Positions 20,433 through 29,857 of a stretch of DNA of 64,000 nucleotides are shown here, one piece after another. The notes under the pieces were generated by a model that was given only the letters and a program-made list of their open reading frames with translations, did no database searches and had not been told where the DNA came from. The stretch spans positions 352,001-416,000 of the forward strand of contig CBDCRP010000002.1 in the NCBI GenBank assembly GCA_965221165.1, in the 5' to 3' direction. The DNA comes from a bacterium (GTDB taxonomy: Bacteria > UBA8248). A program made the translations under genes and the position numbers. Each line of letters starts with the position of its first letter. Within the stretch, counting starts at the first letter, position 1.

Positions 20433-22008
20433 CCATCCACAGATAAGAACACACTCAGGCCTCGCAGTGGAGAATACCTACGGTCCCGGGGATATGCCTG
20501 AGAACCATGACCCGGGCAAACCAGGCGTCTATCCTCTGACGCGCGGCATCCACCCCGAGATGTACAGAAAACGCCTATGGACGATGCGCCAGTATTCGGG
20601 GTTTGGAACCGCCGAGGAAACGAACCAGCGATACCGCTTTTTGCTCGACGAGGGGAACACCGGGCTTTCCGTCGCACTCGATCTCCCGACGCAACTAGGG
20701 CTCGACAGCGACAATGAGAAATCAGCAGGCGAAGTCGGCAAAGTCGGTGTGGCCATCGACTCGCTGGCGGATATGGAGACCATTTTTCAAGGCATCCCGC
20801 TCGATAAGATCAGCACGTCTTTCACCATCAACTCAACGGCCGCCATTCTGTACGCCATGTACATTGCGGTTGGGAAGAAACAAGGTGTTTCGCCCTCTCA
20901 ACTAACGGGCACCATCCAGAACGATATCTTGAAAGAATACGTTTCTCGCGGCACATGGATATTCCCGCCCGAGCCATCCTTGAGACTGATCGTCGACACC
21001 ATTGAATACGGCGTGAAAAACACACCGAGGTTCAACACCATCAGCGCTGCGGGCGCTCATTTTAGGGATGCAGGCGCCACTGCCGTCCAGGAAGGTGGCC
21101 TCACCCTCGCGGACGCCATCGTCTATGTGGAAAGATGCCTGGAGCGTGGCCTTGATATTGACGAATTCGCCCCCAGAATCAGTTTTTATTTTTATACCCA
21201 CATGGATTTTTTCGAAGAAATCGCCAAATACCGCGCCATGCGGACACTTTGGGCCAAAACCATGCGTGAGCGCTTTGGCGCCAAAAACGAGAGAAGCCGG
21301 CTTTTCCGCTTTGGCGTCGTTTGCGGCGGCAGCACCCTCACCGCACAAGAGCCCGAGAACAACATCGTCAGAGTCACCTATGAGGCGCTATCCGCCGTGC
21401 TCGGCGGCGCCCAAACCATCTTCACTTGTGCTTATGACGAAGCGCTTGCGCTGCCGACCGAGGAAAGCGCTCTGCTCGCCCTGCGCACCCAGCAGATTAT
21501 CGCTCATGAAAGCGGCGTGCCCGACGTGGCCGATCCTTTTGGTGGTTCATATTATTTGGAAAACTTAACTGGCCGCATGGAAAATGAAATGGCGCAAATT
21601 ATCGAAGACGTGGAAGAACGCGGCGGCATGGTCGAGTGCATACAACGGGGCGTGGTGCAAAGGTGGATTGCAGAGAGCGCTTTCCGCTGGCAAAAAGCGG
21701 TGGAGACACAAGAGCAGACCATTGTCGGCGTCAACAAATATGTGCGAGAGGAGCCACCCTCTCAAAAGATATTCACGATTGGCCCTGAACTTGAAGAACG
21801 CCAAAAGAAACAACTGGAAAAGGTGAAAAAAGAGCGAGACTCCGCGCAAGTGGAACTGAGTCTCAAGCGTCTCGAAGATGCCGCCAGGGGCGATGATAAT
21901 CTGATGGAGGCAATCTCCGAGGCAGTGGAAGCCTATGCTACTATTGGAGAGATGACGGACGTGCTCCGCGGGATTTTCGGAGAATTTCAAGAGCCAGTAG
22001 CTTTCTAG
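20422..22008 (+). CDS. B12-dependent acyl-CoA mutase large (substrate-binding) subunit, methylmalonyl-CoA mutase family
   Basis: WTMRQYSGF, GLSVALDLPTQLG, GTIQNDILKEY, EEIAKYRA.R, YDEALALP; no DxHxxG B12-binding domain. Confidence 0.9.
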   Translation: MTNDHPQIRTHSGLAVENTYGPGDMPENHDPGKPGVYPLTRGIHPEMYRKRLWTMRQYSGFGTAEETNQRYRFLLDEGNTGLSVALDLPTQLGLDSDNEKSAGEVGKVGVAIDSLADMETIFQGIPLDKISTSFTINSTAAILYAMYIAVGKKQGVSPSQLTGTIQNDILKEYVSRGTWIFPPEPSLRLIVDTIEYGVKNTPRFNTISAAGAHFRDAGATAVQEGGLTLADAIVYVERCLERGLDIDEFAPRISFYFYTHMDFFEEIAKYRAMRTLWAKTMRERFGAKNERSRLFRFGVVCGGSTLTAQEPENNIVRVTYEALSAVLGGAQTIFTCAYDEALALPTEESALLALRTQQIIAHESGVPDVADPFGGSYYLENLTGRMENEMAQIIEDVEERGGMVECIQRGVVQRWIAESAFRWQKAVETQEQTIVGVNKYVREEPPSQKIFTIGPELEERQKKQLEKVKKERDSAQVELSLKRLEDAARGDDNLMEAISEAVEAYATIGEMTDVLRGIFGEFQEPVAF

Positions 22009-22142
22009 TAACCCTTGCTCCGTCCAACCCCCCTTGCTCAGACGGACAAAACACGGAATAATCACTGCCTGAAATAACAATCATCTAAAATATATAAACT
22101 TAGAATCCCAAGCGGCATATACACAGGAGGTGGCAACAAAAA

Positions 22143-24011
22143 ATGTGGACAGACGCCAAAAACGGAAACAACGCGGCAACTGATTACAAGTACAGAAGCG
22201 CTACAGTCGATCTCGGCAGTGGAAACATCACGATAGAAGAGAAATCCTGTGAGGATTTAGAGGATTTTCTGGGCGGGATTGGCAGGATTTTCAAAATTCT
22301 CTCACACCACGATGTATCCGACCCCTATGATCCCTCCGCCCCGCTCGTCATGGAACTCGGCTGTTTCTCAGGCACGAACCTGATGACGGGACTCAGGACT
22401 TTCTTCGGCGGCTATAGCCCGCTCAAGAGCACGCTCGCCGGCGCCCCTTCGGCGATGTATTCGGCAGGTTCGGGCAAATTCGGAACCAAGGTAGCCTGTG
22501 CGGGCATAGATGAAATCATCTTTACCGGCAGAAGTGACAAACCCGTCACGCTGGTGATCAAGAGCGATGCTCTCGGCGGCCCTGCGAGTCTCGAACTCGT
22601 GGAAGCTTCATCTCTTGTTGGCCAGGATTCGCACGAGAAAATCATGGCGCTCGCCGATGAATATGACGACGCGCATTTCGCCGTTATCGGCCCGCCGGGG
22701 GAGAATTACGAAACGAACCGCATGGCGTCCATCGTCCTGAGCACCGAAAACCAGCTTAAAACGAGCGAGTGCAAACCGAGATTCTGCGGGCGAGGCGGGT
22801 TCGGCGGCGTCATGGGTTCAAAAAACCTCATCGCCATCGTCGCGCAGGCACCCGACGACAAAACGGCCGTTACGAATATCGTCAAAGAGGCGAACAAGGT
22901 CATCTCCCGAGGCGCCGGCTCTAAAAACTACCGCGACGCCCACAAGGCCGATGGCGGCGGCGGCACATGGCGAAACATCGCGGGTCTGCACCCCATGGGC
23001 TGTTTGCCCGAGAGAAACTTCTGGGCTCCGGGGAATGACGATGCCGTTCAGCTCTACCGGGGCAGTTTTGAAGAACCCTACGTCATCAAAGACGAGTCCT
23101 GCTTCAAATGCGGCATTGCGTGCCACAAAAACATCTACGACAGGCCCGAGGGAGAAACCGCCGAGGGAAGAAGAGCGAAAAAAGGGAAATTCAGGGTCAA
23201 GTTCGACTACGAGCCGCTCGACCTCATCACGGCGAACTGTGGCGTCTACGATGCGGAAGAATCTCTCGATCTTGTCGAACTGGGCGATCGCATGGGCTAC
23301 GACGCCATCAGCCTGGGCGCCACCATCGGCTACGCGATGGAGTGGAACGAGAGAAGTCCCGACAAGCCCGTACTTGACGACATCCGGTACGGCGATGCCA
23401 AAAAGATGGATGAATTGATCCGAAAAGCAGCGGCGGGCGAGTGTGAAGAACTGGCGCAAGGCACCATGCGCCTGGCCCAGCAATGCGGCGACCTTTCCTT
23501 CGCCATGCAGGGCAAGGGCCTCGAATACCCGGCCTACCTGCCCGAAACCAACCCGGGCTACCCCTGGGCGCTGGCCGGCGGCCACATGAGCATGCGCACG
23601 TTCCTGCTCCTCATCCTGGATGGCCAGCAAACGGACATCGATTATTGGGAAAACGCCATCCTGAACGGCATCTACTATACGCGGGATGACCTCATCGGCA
23701 CGTGTAAATTCGCAGGCGTACCCAATGAGAACATCGTCGATAGCTTAAACGATATGTTCGGCCTCTCCCTAACGGAAGGAGAAGTGAACCAGGCCATCAG
23801 GCGCTCTTACTTGAGGGGGCGTTTGCTGGAGAAAAAAGTGGGCTATACCGATGAAGAATACGACGTGCCCTCCCGCGTGTATGAAGGGGCGAATGAGAAC
23901 GTCAAAATGCCCAGCTTCATGACGCGCGATTTCATGGATGAGCTGAAAAAACGAACCGAGGCGAATTGGGACAGGCTCACGGAGGAGGAGGGCATCGCCC
24001 TTCCCGCCTAA
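22143..24011 (+). CDS. Aldehyde:ferredoxin oxidoreductase (tungstopterin) family
   Basis: IGPPGEN, GRGGFGGVMGSKN, CFKCGIAC.K, DYE, D.MG.DAISLG, KGLE.PAY. Confidence 0.88.
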   Translation: MWTDAKNGNNAATDYKYRSATVDLGSGNITIEEKSCEDLEDFLGGIGRIFKILSHHDVSDPYDPSAPLVMELGCFSGTNLMTGLRTFFGGYSPLKSTLAGAPSAMYSAGSGKFGTKVACAGIDEIIFTGRSDKPVTLVIKSDALGGPASLELVEASSLVGQDSHEKIMALADEYDDAHFAVIGPPGENYETNRMASIVLSTENQLKTSECKPRFCGRGGFGGVMGSKNLIAIVAQAPDDKTAVTNIVKEANKVISRGAGSKNYRDAHKADGGGGTWRNIAGLHPMGCLPERNFWAPGNDDAVQLYRGSFEEPYVIKDESCFKCGIACHKNIYDRPEGETAEGRRAKKGKFRVKFDYEPLDLITANCGVYDAEESLDLVELGDRMGYDAISLGATIGYAMEWNERSPDKPVLDDIRYGDAKKMDELIRKAAAGECEELAQGTMRLAQQCGDLSFAMQGKGLEYPAYLPETNPGYPWALAGGHMSMRTFLLLILDGQQTDIDYWENAILNGIYYTRDDLIGTCKFAGVPNENIVDSLNDMFGLSLTEGEVNQAIRRSYLRGRLLEKKVGYTDEEYDVPSRVYEGANENVKMPSFMTRDFMDELKKRTEANWDRLTEEEGIALPA

Positions 24012-24030
24012 GTCAATATCCAAAAACAAC

Positions 24031-24069
24031 AAAACGCCCCCTCAGGTGCTTCCTGGCGGGGCGTTTTTA
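24031..24069. terminator. Rho-independent (likely bidirectional) terminator
   Basis: AAAACGCCCC...GGGGCGTTTTT between convergent genes. Confidence 0.75.
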
Positions 24070-24110
24070 TTTCATGAAACCAATAATTTGTATCTTTTGC
24101 CTAAATGAAG

Positions 24111-24815
24111 CTAGACCCCCCGCTTGTCCCCCCACAACATGACATGAAGCCTCGGGGTGAACCGGAAACCGCGCTTCATCGAAGCCTCCGCCAGGGACAA
24201 CAATCTGTGCTCCATCTGCTCGCGCGTCTTGCCTCCCGGGGAGATGATGATGCGACTTCGCGGGAAATCACAAAGGCCGCATTTTTCGAGAACGGCGTCG
24301 ATTTCATCGAGTTCATCCGCCCGGTGAACCACGAATTTGAGGTAGGGTTCTTTGGCCTGGTGGAGCCAGTCGAGGGTTTTCGGCTGTTTTTCCTCTGAAA
24401 TTTGGGCCGACTGTAGTTTAGGCGAAACATTCCACTGATTCACTCGCTGGAGAGCGTCTTCAGATGGCCGAACGTGGCCGGCCGTTTCCACCTCCACCCT
24501 TAAACCTGCACGATGGAGCGACTCGATGAGCAGTGGAAATTGTGGGGATTCCAGAGGCTCTCCCCCCGTCACCACCACCTGGGCGCCTTCGTGCTCTTCG
24601 CAAAAATCCAGAATTTCAGAAATCGTTTTCTCTTCCAGCGGAGGACCCGCCCAGGAATACTTCGTGTCGCACCACACACAGCCCACCGAACATCCCATCA
24701 GGCGGATGAAGACGGACGCGCGGCCGATGGTCGCGCCCTCTCCTTGTAAAGAGAAAAAAAGCGGATCCGCAAGCGATACCTTGAAATCCGCTTTTTCTTT
24801 TATTGTCATCATCAC
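24111..24815 (-). CDS. queE: 7-carboxy-7-deazaguanine synthase (radical SAM)
   Basis: SLQGEG, CSVGCVWCDTKYSW, TGGEP, VSPKL, PRLH..LWG. Confidence 0.9.
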   Translation of the reverse strand: MMMTIKEKADFKVSLADPLFFSLQGEGATIGRASVFIRLMGCSVGCVWCDTKYSWAGPPLEEKTISEILDFCEEHEGAQVVVTGGEPLESPQFPLLIESLHRAGLRVEVETAGHVRPSEDALQRVNQWNVSPKLQSAQISEEKQPKTLDWLHQAKEPYLKFVVHRADELDEIDAVLEKCGLCDFPRSRIIISPGGKTREQMEHRLLSLAEASMKRGFRFTPRLHVMLWGDKRGV

Positions 24816-24890
24816 TTTAGGCCCGCTTCTTCACCCTAGCCTGTAGACTCTCGACCCGAGAGTCAAAAGGGCAACAACACTTCTTATCAA

Positions 24891-25172
24891 CTACCCTAAC
24901 GCCGCTGCGACGATGAGCGCCACGCCGATGAATATCGCGCCCACTACTATACCGACCGCCCTGTTTTGATCTTTCGATAACGCATCGTTCACCGAGAATG
25001 GCGTAATCCACTCGAAAATCTTGTACCCAATCATCAACAACGCAATGCCGATCAGGCCATATACAATCGAAAGAAACAGGCCCGTGCCAACCCCTATGCG
25101 AGGCGCGCCTTGGGCGAGGGCCACGGCAGGCGTCATCAAGCTCAAAGCGGCTGCAATCGCTAATTTTTTCAT
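24891..25172 (-). CDS. DUF350 membrane protein
   Basis: YGLIGI.L...GYKIFEWITP...QNRAVGIVVGA; ATG at 25172 after GGAG. Confidence 0.8.
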   Translation of the reverse strand: MKKLAIAAALSLMTPAVALAQGAPRIGVGTGLFLSIVYGLIGIALLMIGYKIFEWITPFSVNDALSKDQNRAVGIVVGAIFIGVALIVAAALG

Positions 25173-25204
25173 CTGTGAAACTCCTTGTTGGATAAAGGAA
25201 AAAC

Positions 25205-25705
25205 TCAACGTCGAGACATCATTCTCAAAATAAATATCAAGATGAGGGGGAAGAGAAGCATCCGCCCCAGACCGAAAAGACCTAGGCCGCCGAATCCCCA
25301 TCCCCCCAGCATTCCCAAACCCATGCCCATGCCAAAACCGCCTAACCCGCGCCGCCCGGCAGACCTTTGGCTGTAGCCCCGGCCATAGCTTCGCCTTGAA
25401 AAAGAACGCGCGCCGAAAGAACGCATACGCCCGAATCCGCCGAACGACATGCCGCCGCCAAAGCGTCTGGCCTCCGCAATGGATGGTTGAAGCACGAGGG
25501 CAGTGGTGATGGCGGAAATTCCCACGGCGCCGCGCACGATTGGCGGCAGCGAAACGGAGGCAAGTGTAATGAATGCACCCACAATAATTACCGAGAGGTA
25601 ATATACAGGGCGAAACGAGTGTAGGGCTGTTTTCAATGCGGCCTCGCATCGGGGGGGCGGTCGAAACAATAGAATGAGCCTAGCAGGGCGTGCGCAATTT
25701 CTCAA
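25205..25705 (-). CDS. Gly/Arg-rich hypothetical membrane protein
   Basis: AEARRFGGGMSFG signal-like motif, Gly-rich tract, C-terminal TM; start uncertain. Confidence 0.55.
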   Translation of the reverse strand: MRNCARPARLILLFRPPPRCEAALKTALHSFRPVYYLSVIIVGAFITLASVSLPPIVRGAVGISAITTALVLQPSIAEARRFGGGMSFGGFGRMRSFGARSFSRRSYGRGYSQRSAGRRGLGGFGMGMGLGMLGGWGFGGLGLFGLGRMLLFPLILIFILRMMSRR

Positions 25706-25715
25706 TCACTCGTTT

Positions 25716-26495
25716 TTAGTCCCATTTCCTGCCCGGCATGTGATTATAGACGCTGTTCAGGATGCCGCCATCGATATCGAGGCGCGAAGCCGTAATCCAG
25801 TCGGATTCCTCGGAGAGCAAGAACAAGATGCCGTGCGCGATATCCACGGGCTGGCCCACACGCCCAAGGGGCGTCACGTCGCTTCTGCCCTTTTTGATCT
25901 CGGGGTCTTGCAGATAGGCGGTGAGCGGCGTTTCCGTGTGGCCGGGGCATACGGCGTTCACGCGAATTCCCTTGCGCGCCCATTCGATGCCCAACTGCTT
26001 CGAGAGCATGATGATGCCCGCTTTCACCGTGCTGTACGCGCCCGACATGCCGTAAGGCTGCACCCCTGCGTTTGAGGATAAATTCACCATGACGCCCGGC
26101 CTTTCGTTCTCTATCAACCAGCGGCCCGCCGCCTGGCACATCAGGAACATGCCCGTAAGACCTATATCCAGCACCAGCTTCCAACTCGCCAAAGGCAAAT
26201 CGACCAAAGGGGCGGGGTCCATCTTGATGGCGCAGTTCACCAGATGGTTCAGGCCGCCGAACTCACTCACCGTTCGCTCCACCGCCGCCTGGCAAGAAGC
26301 CTCATCCGTTACGTCGAGCCTTTGAAATACCGCTTTCTCCTTGCCGAGTCTGGCCTCCAGTTCGACTCCCAACTCCTCGTTCACGTCTCCGATGAGAACG
26401 CGCCCGCCTTGTTCCACGTACATTTCACACGTCTTCGCGCCGATGCCCCGGGCGCCCCCCGCGACGATGCAGACATCTCCATCAAAACGGCCCAT
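25716..26495 (-). CDS. SDR oxidoreductase
   Basis: GGARGIG, YSTVK, VNAVCPG. Confidence 0.92.
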   Translation of the reverse strand: MGRFDGDVCIVAGGARGIGAKTCEMYVEQGGRVLIGDVNEELGVELEARLGKEKAVFQRLDVTDEASCQAAVERTVSEFGGLNHLVNCAIKMDPAPLVDLPLASWKLVLDIGLTGMFLMCQAAGRWLIENERPGVMVNLSSNAGVQPYGMSGAYSTVKAGIIMLSKQLGIEWARKGIRVNAVCPGHTETPLTAYLQDPEIKKGRSDVTPLGRVGQPVDIAHGILFLLSEESDWITASRLDIDGGILNSVYNHMPGRKWD

Positions 26496-26510
26496 GCTCC
26501 ACCTCCCCTC

Positions 26511-27317
26511 TCAAGTCGTCCTATATGTTATTTCCCTGCCGCCCCAGTTTCGCCCGGGCGTATGAATCATCTTGCTCTCCACCTGTCCGCCGTCGACGGG
26601 CAGGTTCGCCGCCGTGATGTATCTCGCCCGGTCCGAGAGAAGGAACACGCAGCCCTCCGCGATGTCCTCGGGCGTGGCCACGCGGCCCATCGGCACCACG
26701 GCGGCGCGGCCCGCCGCGAGTTCTGGGTCCTGGAACATGGCTTCGGTCATCGGGGTGCGCACCTGGCCCGGAGAGACGGTGTTCGCGCGAACGCCGCGTC
26801 CGCCCCACTCCACGCCGAAGAGCTTGCTGAGCATGATGGCCCCCGCCTTGCACACGCTGTAGGCGCCCGCGAGGGGGTAGGTCTGCATGCCGCCGATGGA
26901 AGACACGAAAACGATAGAGCCCGCCCCCTTCTCAAGCATCGCCCCGCCCGCCGCCTGGGCGCAGAGGAAATAACCCTTGAGCCCGATATCCATCACCATG
27001 TCCCAGTCGTCCTCGGGCAGGTCTTCCAGTTTTCCGGGCACGAGCTTGATCGCGCAGCAAACGAGGCCATCTATCGTTCCAAAGGCGTTGATAGCCTCTG
27101 CCGCCATGCGCTCGGCATCGGCTTTTTTCGAGGTGTCCATCTCTATGAGAATCGCCGTGCCGCCCTTTTCCTCGACCATGGAGACCGTCTCGGCGGCGGT
27201 TTCGGGGTTGATGTCGGCCACGGCGACGTCGGCTCCCTCGCCCGAGGCGAGGACGCACGTGGCCCGGCCGATGCCGCTGCCCCCTCCCGTCACGATGACC
27301 TTTTTGCCTTCGAGCAT
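26511..27317 (-). CDS. SDR oxidoreductase (paralog of neighbour)
   Basis: TGGGSGIG, YSVCK, NTVSPG. Confidence 0.92.
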   Translation of the reverse strand: MLEGKKVIVTGGGSGIGRATCVLASGEGADVAVADINPETAAETVSMVEEKGGTAILIEMDTSKKADAERMAAEAINAFGTIDGLVCCAIKLVPGKLEDLPEDDWDMVMDIGLKGYFLCAQAAGGAMLEKGAGSIVFVSSIGGMQTYPLAGAYSVCKAGAIMLSKLFGVEWGGRGVRANTVSPGQVRTPMTEAMFQDPELAAGRAAVVPMGRVATPEDIAEGCVFLLSDRARYITAANLPVDGGQVESKMIHTPGRNWGGREITYRTT

Positions 27318-27719
27318 GGCGCGCGATCCTCCAAAGATTGATTATTCAATATATTACGGCCCATCGAAGCCCTGTGGAGGACATCTTACGCCAGGGACGC
27401 TTCCCGGGCCATCCTCGATTTAATCGCCTCGGAAGAGAATAATTTTCATCATATATAACAATGAGTTACGTGGATAATATAAAATTATTTCGAGGCTTGA
27501 AAATCGAATTTTAATTTTCGGATATTTTCCCCTTTTTTTCCCTTTTTTCAGATATTTTCACTTATTCATTTATGTCTGTTCCTGGATTTTCCGGCAACGC
27601 TCACGCCCGCCCGAGACGACTTTTGGCGCCTCGCTCCCCCCTTTTGCCCCTATAAGGAGGGAGGCGGAGTATATGCGCGCCAGAAACCCTATCCCACCCC
27701 AAGTCCGGGCAAATGCGTT

Positions 27720-27844
27720 GGTCAAACCCGACCTGTGAGGGAAGGTTTGACCGACCGATCCAGCAAGGATTGCGATTCCTGTAGTGGGGCGTTCGTGAAC
27801 GCCCCACGTTCGTGAACGCCCCACGTTCGCGAACGGCCCCTACA
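27720..27844. repeat. Palindromic repeat cluster: GGTCAAACC..GGTTTGACC hairpin plus a GTAG-type REP with internal 17-nt tandem duplication
   Basis: 27720-27752 hairpin; 27780-27844 TGTAG...CTACA containing CGTTCGTGAACGCCCCA x2 plus a variant. Confidence 0.8.
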
Positions 27845-27940
27845 GATACAAAACCGCCCACTCTAGAATTTCATACCGAATGTGACGCATCCGGAATATT
27901 ACGCCTCGCCTGAATCGGCGGCCACTTGCGGAGCAATACC

Positions 27941-28372
27941 TTAGGGCAGCACTTTAATCGAGATGGTCGCCGACCACTTCTTGGCGTAGGAGCGGTGCAG
28001 GCCGTCGGCGAACTGCATCGTGAGCTTATAATCCCCGGGAGCAAGCTTGAGAGACGCTTCCGTCTGTCCCTTCCCGTAGTGCGGGTGCATGGCGTCGGTG
28101 GGTATCACCTTGCCTTTGCGCATGGAACCTCCGTTGATGATAATGTGATGATGCCCTGTCCCCTTGACCACCCCGCCCGAGGGTTTGATGGTCATGCCCT
28201 TAAGGCCCATCACGACCTTGACGGGGCTTTTCACCTGCGCGCCGTCTTTGGGTTCGACGAACCAGACGCCGTCTTTCATCTCCTTCTTTTCGGCTCCTTG
28301 CGCATATCCCGTAAACGCCACAAACGCCGCGAATCCAAATGCAAACAACCCGAAGAACACTCGTCTGCTCAT
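27941..28372 (-). CDS. DUF4399 domain exported protein
   Basis: Signal peptide; FVEPKDGA, TGHHHIII, HYGKGQTEA, LQFADG.H-like motif. Confidence 0.85.
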   Translation of the reverse strand: MSRRVFFGLFAFGFAAFVAFTGYAQGAEKKEMKDGVWFVEPKDGAQVKSPVKVVMGLKGMTIKPSGGVVKGTGHHHIIINGGSMRKGKVIPTDAMHPHYGKGQTEASLKLAPGDYKLTMQFADGLHRSYAKKWSATISIKVLP

Positions 28373-28520
28373 TTCGAACTCCTTTCCGGCTCCCGCGCAG
28401 AGAGCCTGCAAGTGATGCGTGAAGGGCGCGATGCCCGCTTGCCGGTTCGAGCAATTCCGCATCAGTATATCGCATAGAGAGTTCGAGTCCACGAAAAACA
28501 CGCAGCGCTCTTCCCTTGAG

Positions 28521-28905
28521 AGTCAAATCCGAACGGGGCGTTTGCGATTTTTGTCCGTCATTCCGGCGCATGCCGGAATCCAGAACCGAGTAGAAGTACA
28601 CCATTGCCGAATGAACATGAAAACAATCGAGCAACAACAAAAAGACGAAGGCAAAATCCCTGGATTCCGGCCTGCGCCGGAATGACGGCGGGGTGGCCAA
28701 ACCCGACTGAGGAAGGAGGGTTTGCGGGTTTTTGTCGGAATGATGGCAGGGGCTCCCCGATTTTCGCGAGAGGAATAGCGTATTGTAGGGGCCGCATATA
28801 TGCGACCCTGCTTTTTCGCCTTCCGTCCTTGGGCCGCATATATGTGTGGCGGACATATATGTCCAACCTACGAGTCAATACCGATCGCGGAATGAGGAAT
28901 TGACC
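28521..28905. repeat. Composite REP-like cluster (inverted CGTC pair, GTAG REPs, hairpin family)
   Basis: CGTCATTCCGGCGCATGCCGGAATCCAG 28556-28583 with inverted copy 28660-28687; GTAGGGGCCGCATATATGCG 28785; hairpins at 28697 and 28873. Confidence 0.8.
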
Positions 28906-28959
28906 CTCAAGGGGGGAGCGATTAGAACCCTATACCCTATAACCCCAAGGAATGGGCCC

Positions 28960-29724
28960 TCACTCACGCGCGCCGCCCGCTTTGAGTATCTCGATCACTT
29001 TATGAAACGGCTCCTTGTTTCCCTCGTTCCCCTTCATGCCGAGCAGGGCTTCGGTGAGGGGCGTCTGCCCGCGGTTGTTCTTCGCGTTCACCTCCGCACC
29101 CGCATCGAGCAGGGTCTGCGCAGCAGCCGCCTGCCCGCCGAAAGCCGCCCAGTGAAGCGGGGTCTTTCCTTGCTCATCGTCTTTGGCCTCTATCTTCGCA
29201 CCGCCTTTGAGCAGCACCTTTATCGCCGCTGGCTGTCCGTTTCCCGCCGCGATGTGAAGCGGCGTCAGCCCCTTCGTGTCTTTCGCGTTCACCTCCGCTC
29301 CGCCCGAGAGCAATGCCTCCATGCTCGCCGCGCGCCCTTTTATCGCCGCCCCATGAAGCGCCGTCGATTCCCTCTTGTCCCTCCCGTTGGGCTCCGCCCC
29401 TCCACGGAGCAGCGCTTCGACCGCCGCCGTGTGCCCCTGAAACGCCGCCCAATCCAGCGGAGCCTTTCCTATCTTGTCTCTTAAGTTCGCGTCCGCCCCA
29501 CCCGAGAGCAGCGCCTCGATACCCGTCGCGCGCCCCTTGATGGCCGCGAGGTGAAGCGGGGTCATCCCCACGTGGTTTCGCGCGTTCGCGTCCGCGCCGC
29601 CTGAAAGCAGGGCTTTAATCTGAGCCACCTCGCCCTTGAACGCCGCCCCGTGAAGCGGAGCCGCGAAAGCGGGGGAGGTCCACAGGCAAATCGCAAGAGC
29701 CGAAATGGTCAATCGGTGGAGCAT
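28960..29724 (-). CDS. Secreted ankyrin-repeat protein (about 6 repeats)
   Basis: Signal peptide ..SPAFA; repeated TPLH.AA..G....LL.GGA.VNA. Confidence 0.92.
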   Translation of the reverse strand: MLHRLTISALAICLWTSPAFAAPLHGAAFKGEVAQIKALLSGGADANARNHVGMTPLHLAAIKGRATGIEALLSGGADANLRDKIGKAPLDWAAFQGHTAAVEALLRGGAEPNGRDKRESTALHGAAIKGRAASMEALLSGGAEVNAKDTKGLTPLHIAAGNGQPAAIKVLLKGGAKIEAKDDEQGKTPLHWAAFGGQAAAAQTLLDAGAEVNAKNNRGQTPLTEALLGMKGNEGNKEPFHKVIEILKAGGARE

Positions 29725-29857
29725 GGAGTACCCTCCACATACAAGGGAACAAACAACGGAAGCGTGCTTCATTGCTGTACCCAAAAGAAGCTTCGAAATA
29801 AAACTAAAATATTTTTGAGACGCGCCCGAGAGCAGTCTCTCTTCATACCCCAACGTC

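Noticed and set aside
24111-24815. queE as part of a 7-deazaguanine DNA-modification (dpd) system
   Set aside because: No dpdA/TGT-like, queC, queD or folE neighbours; consistent with ordinary queuosine synthesis
27780-27844. Possible CRISPR array
   Set aside because: The repeats are directly adjacent with no spacers, and there are no cas genes; it is a REP with a tandem duplication
28441-28490. GCCGGTTCGAG / GTTCGAGTCC as att remnants of tRNA-Leu
   Set aside because: Only 10-11 nt and in the opposite orientation to the tRNA
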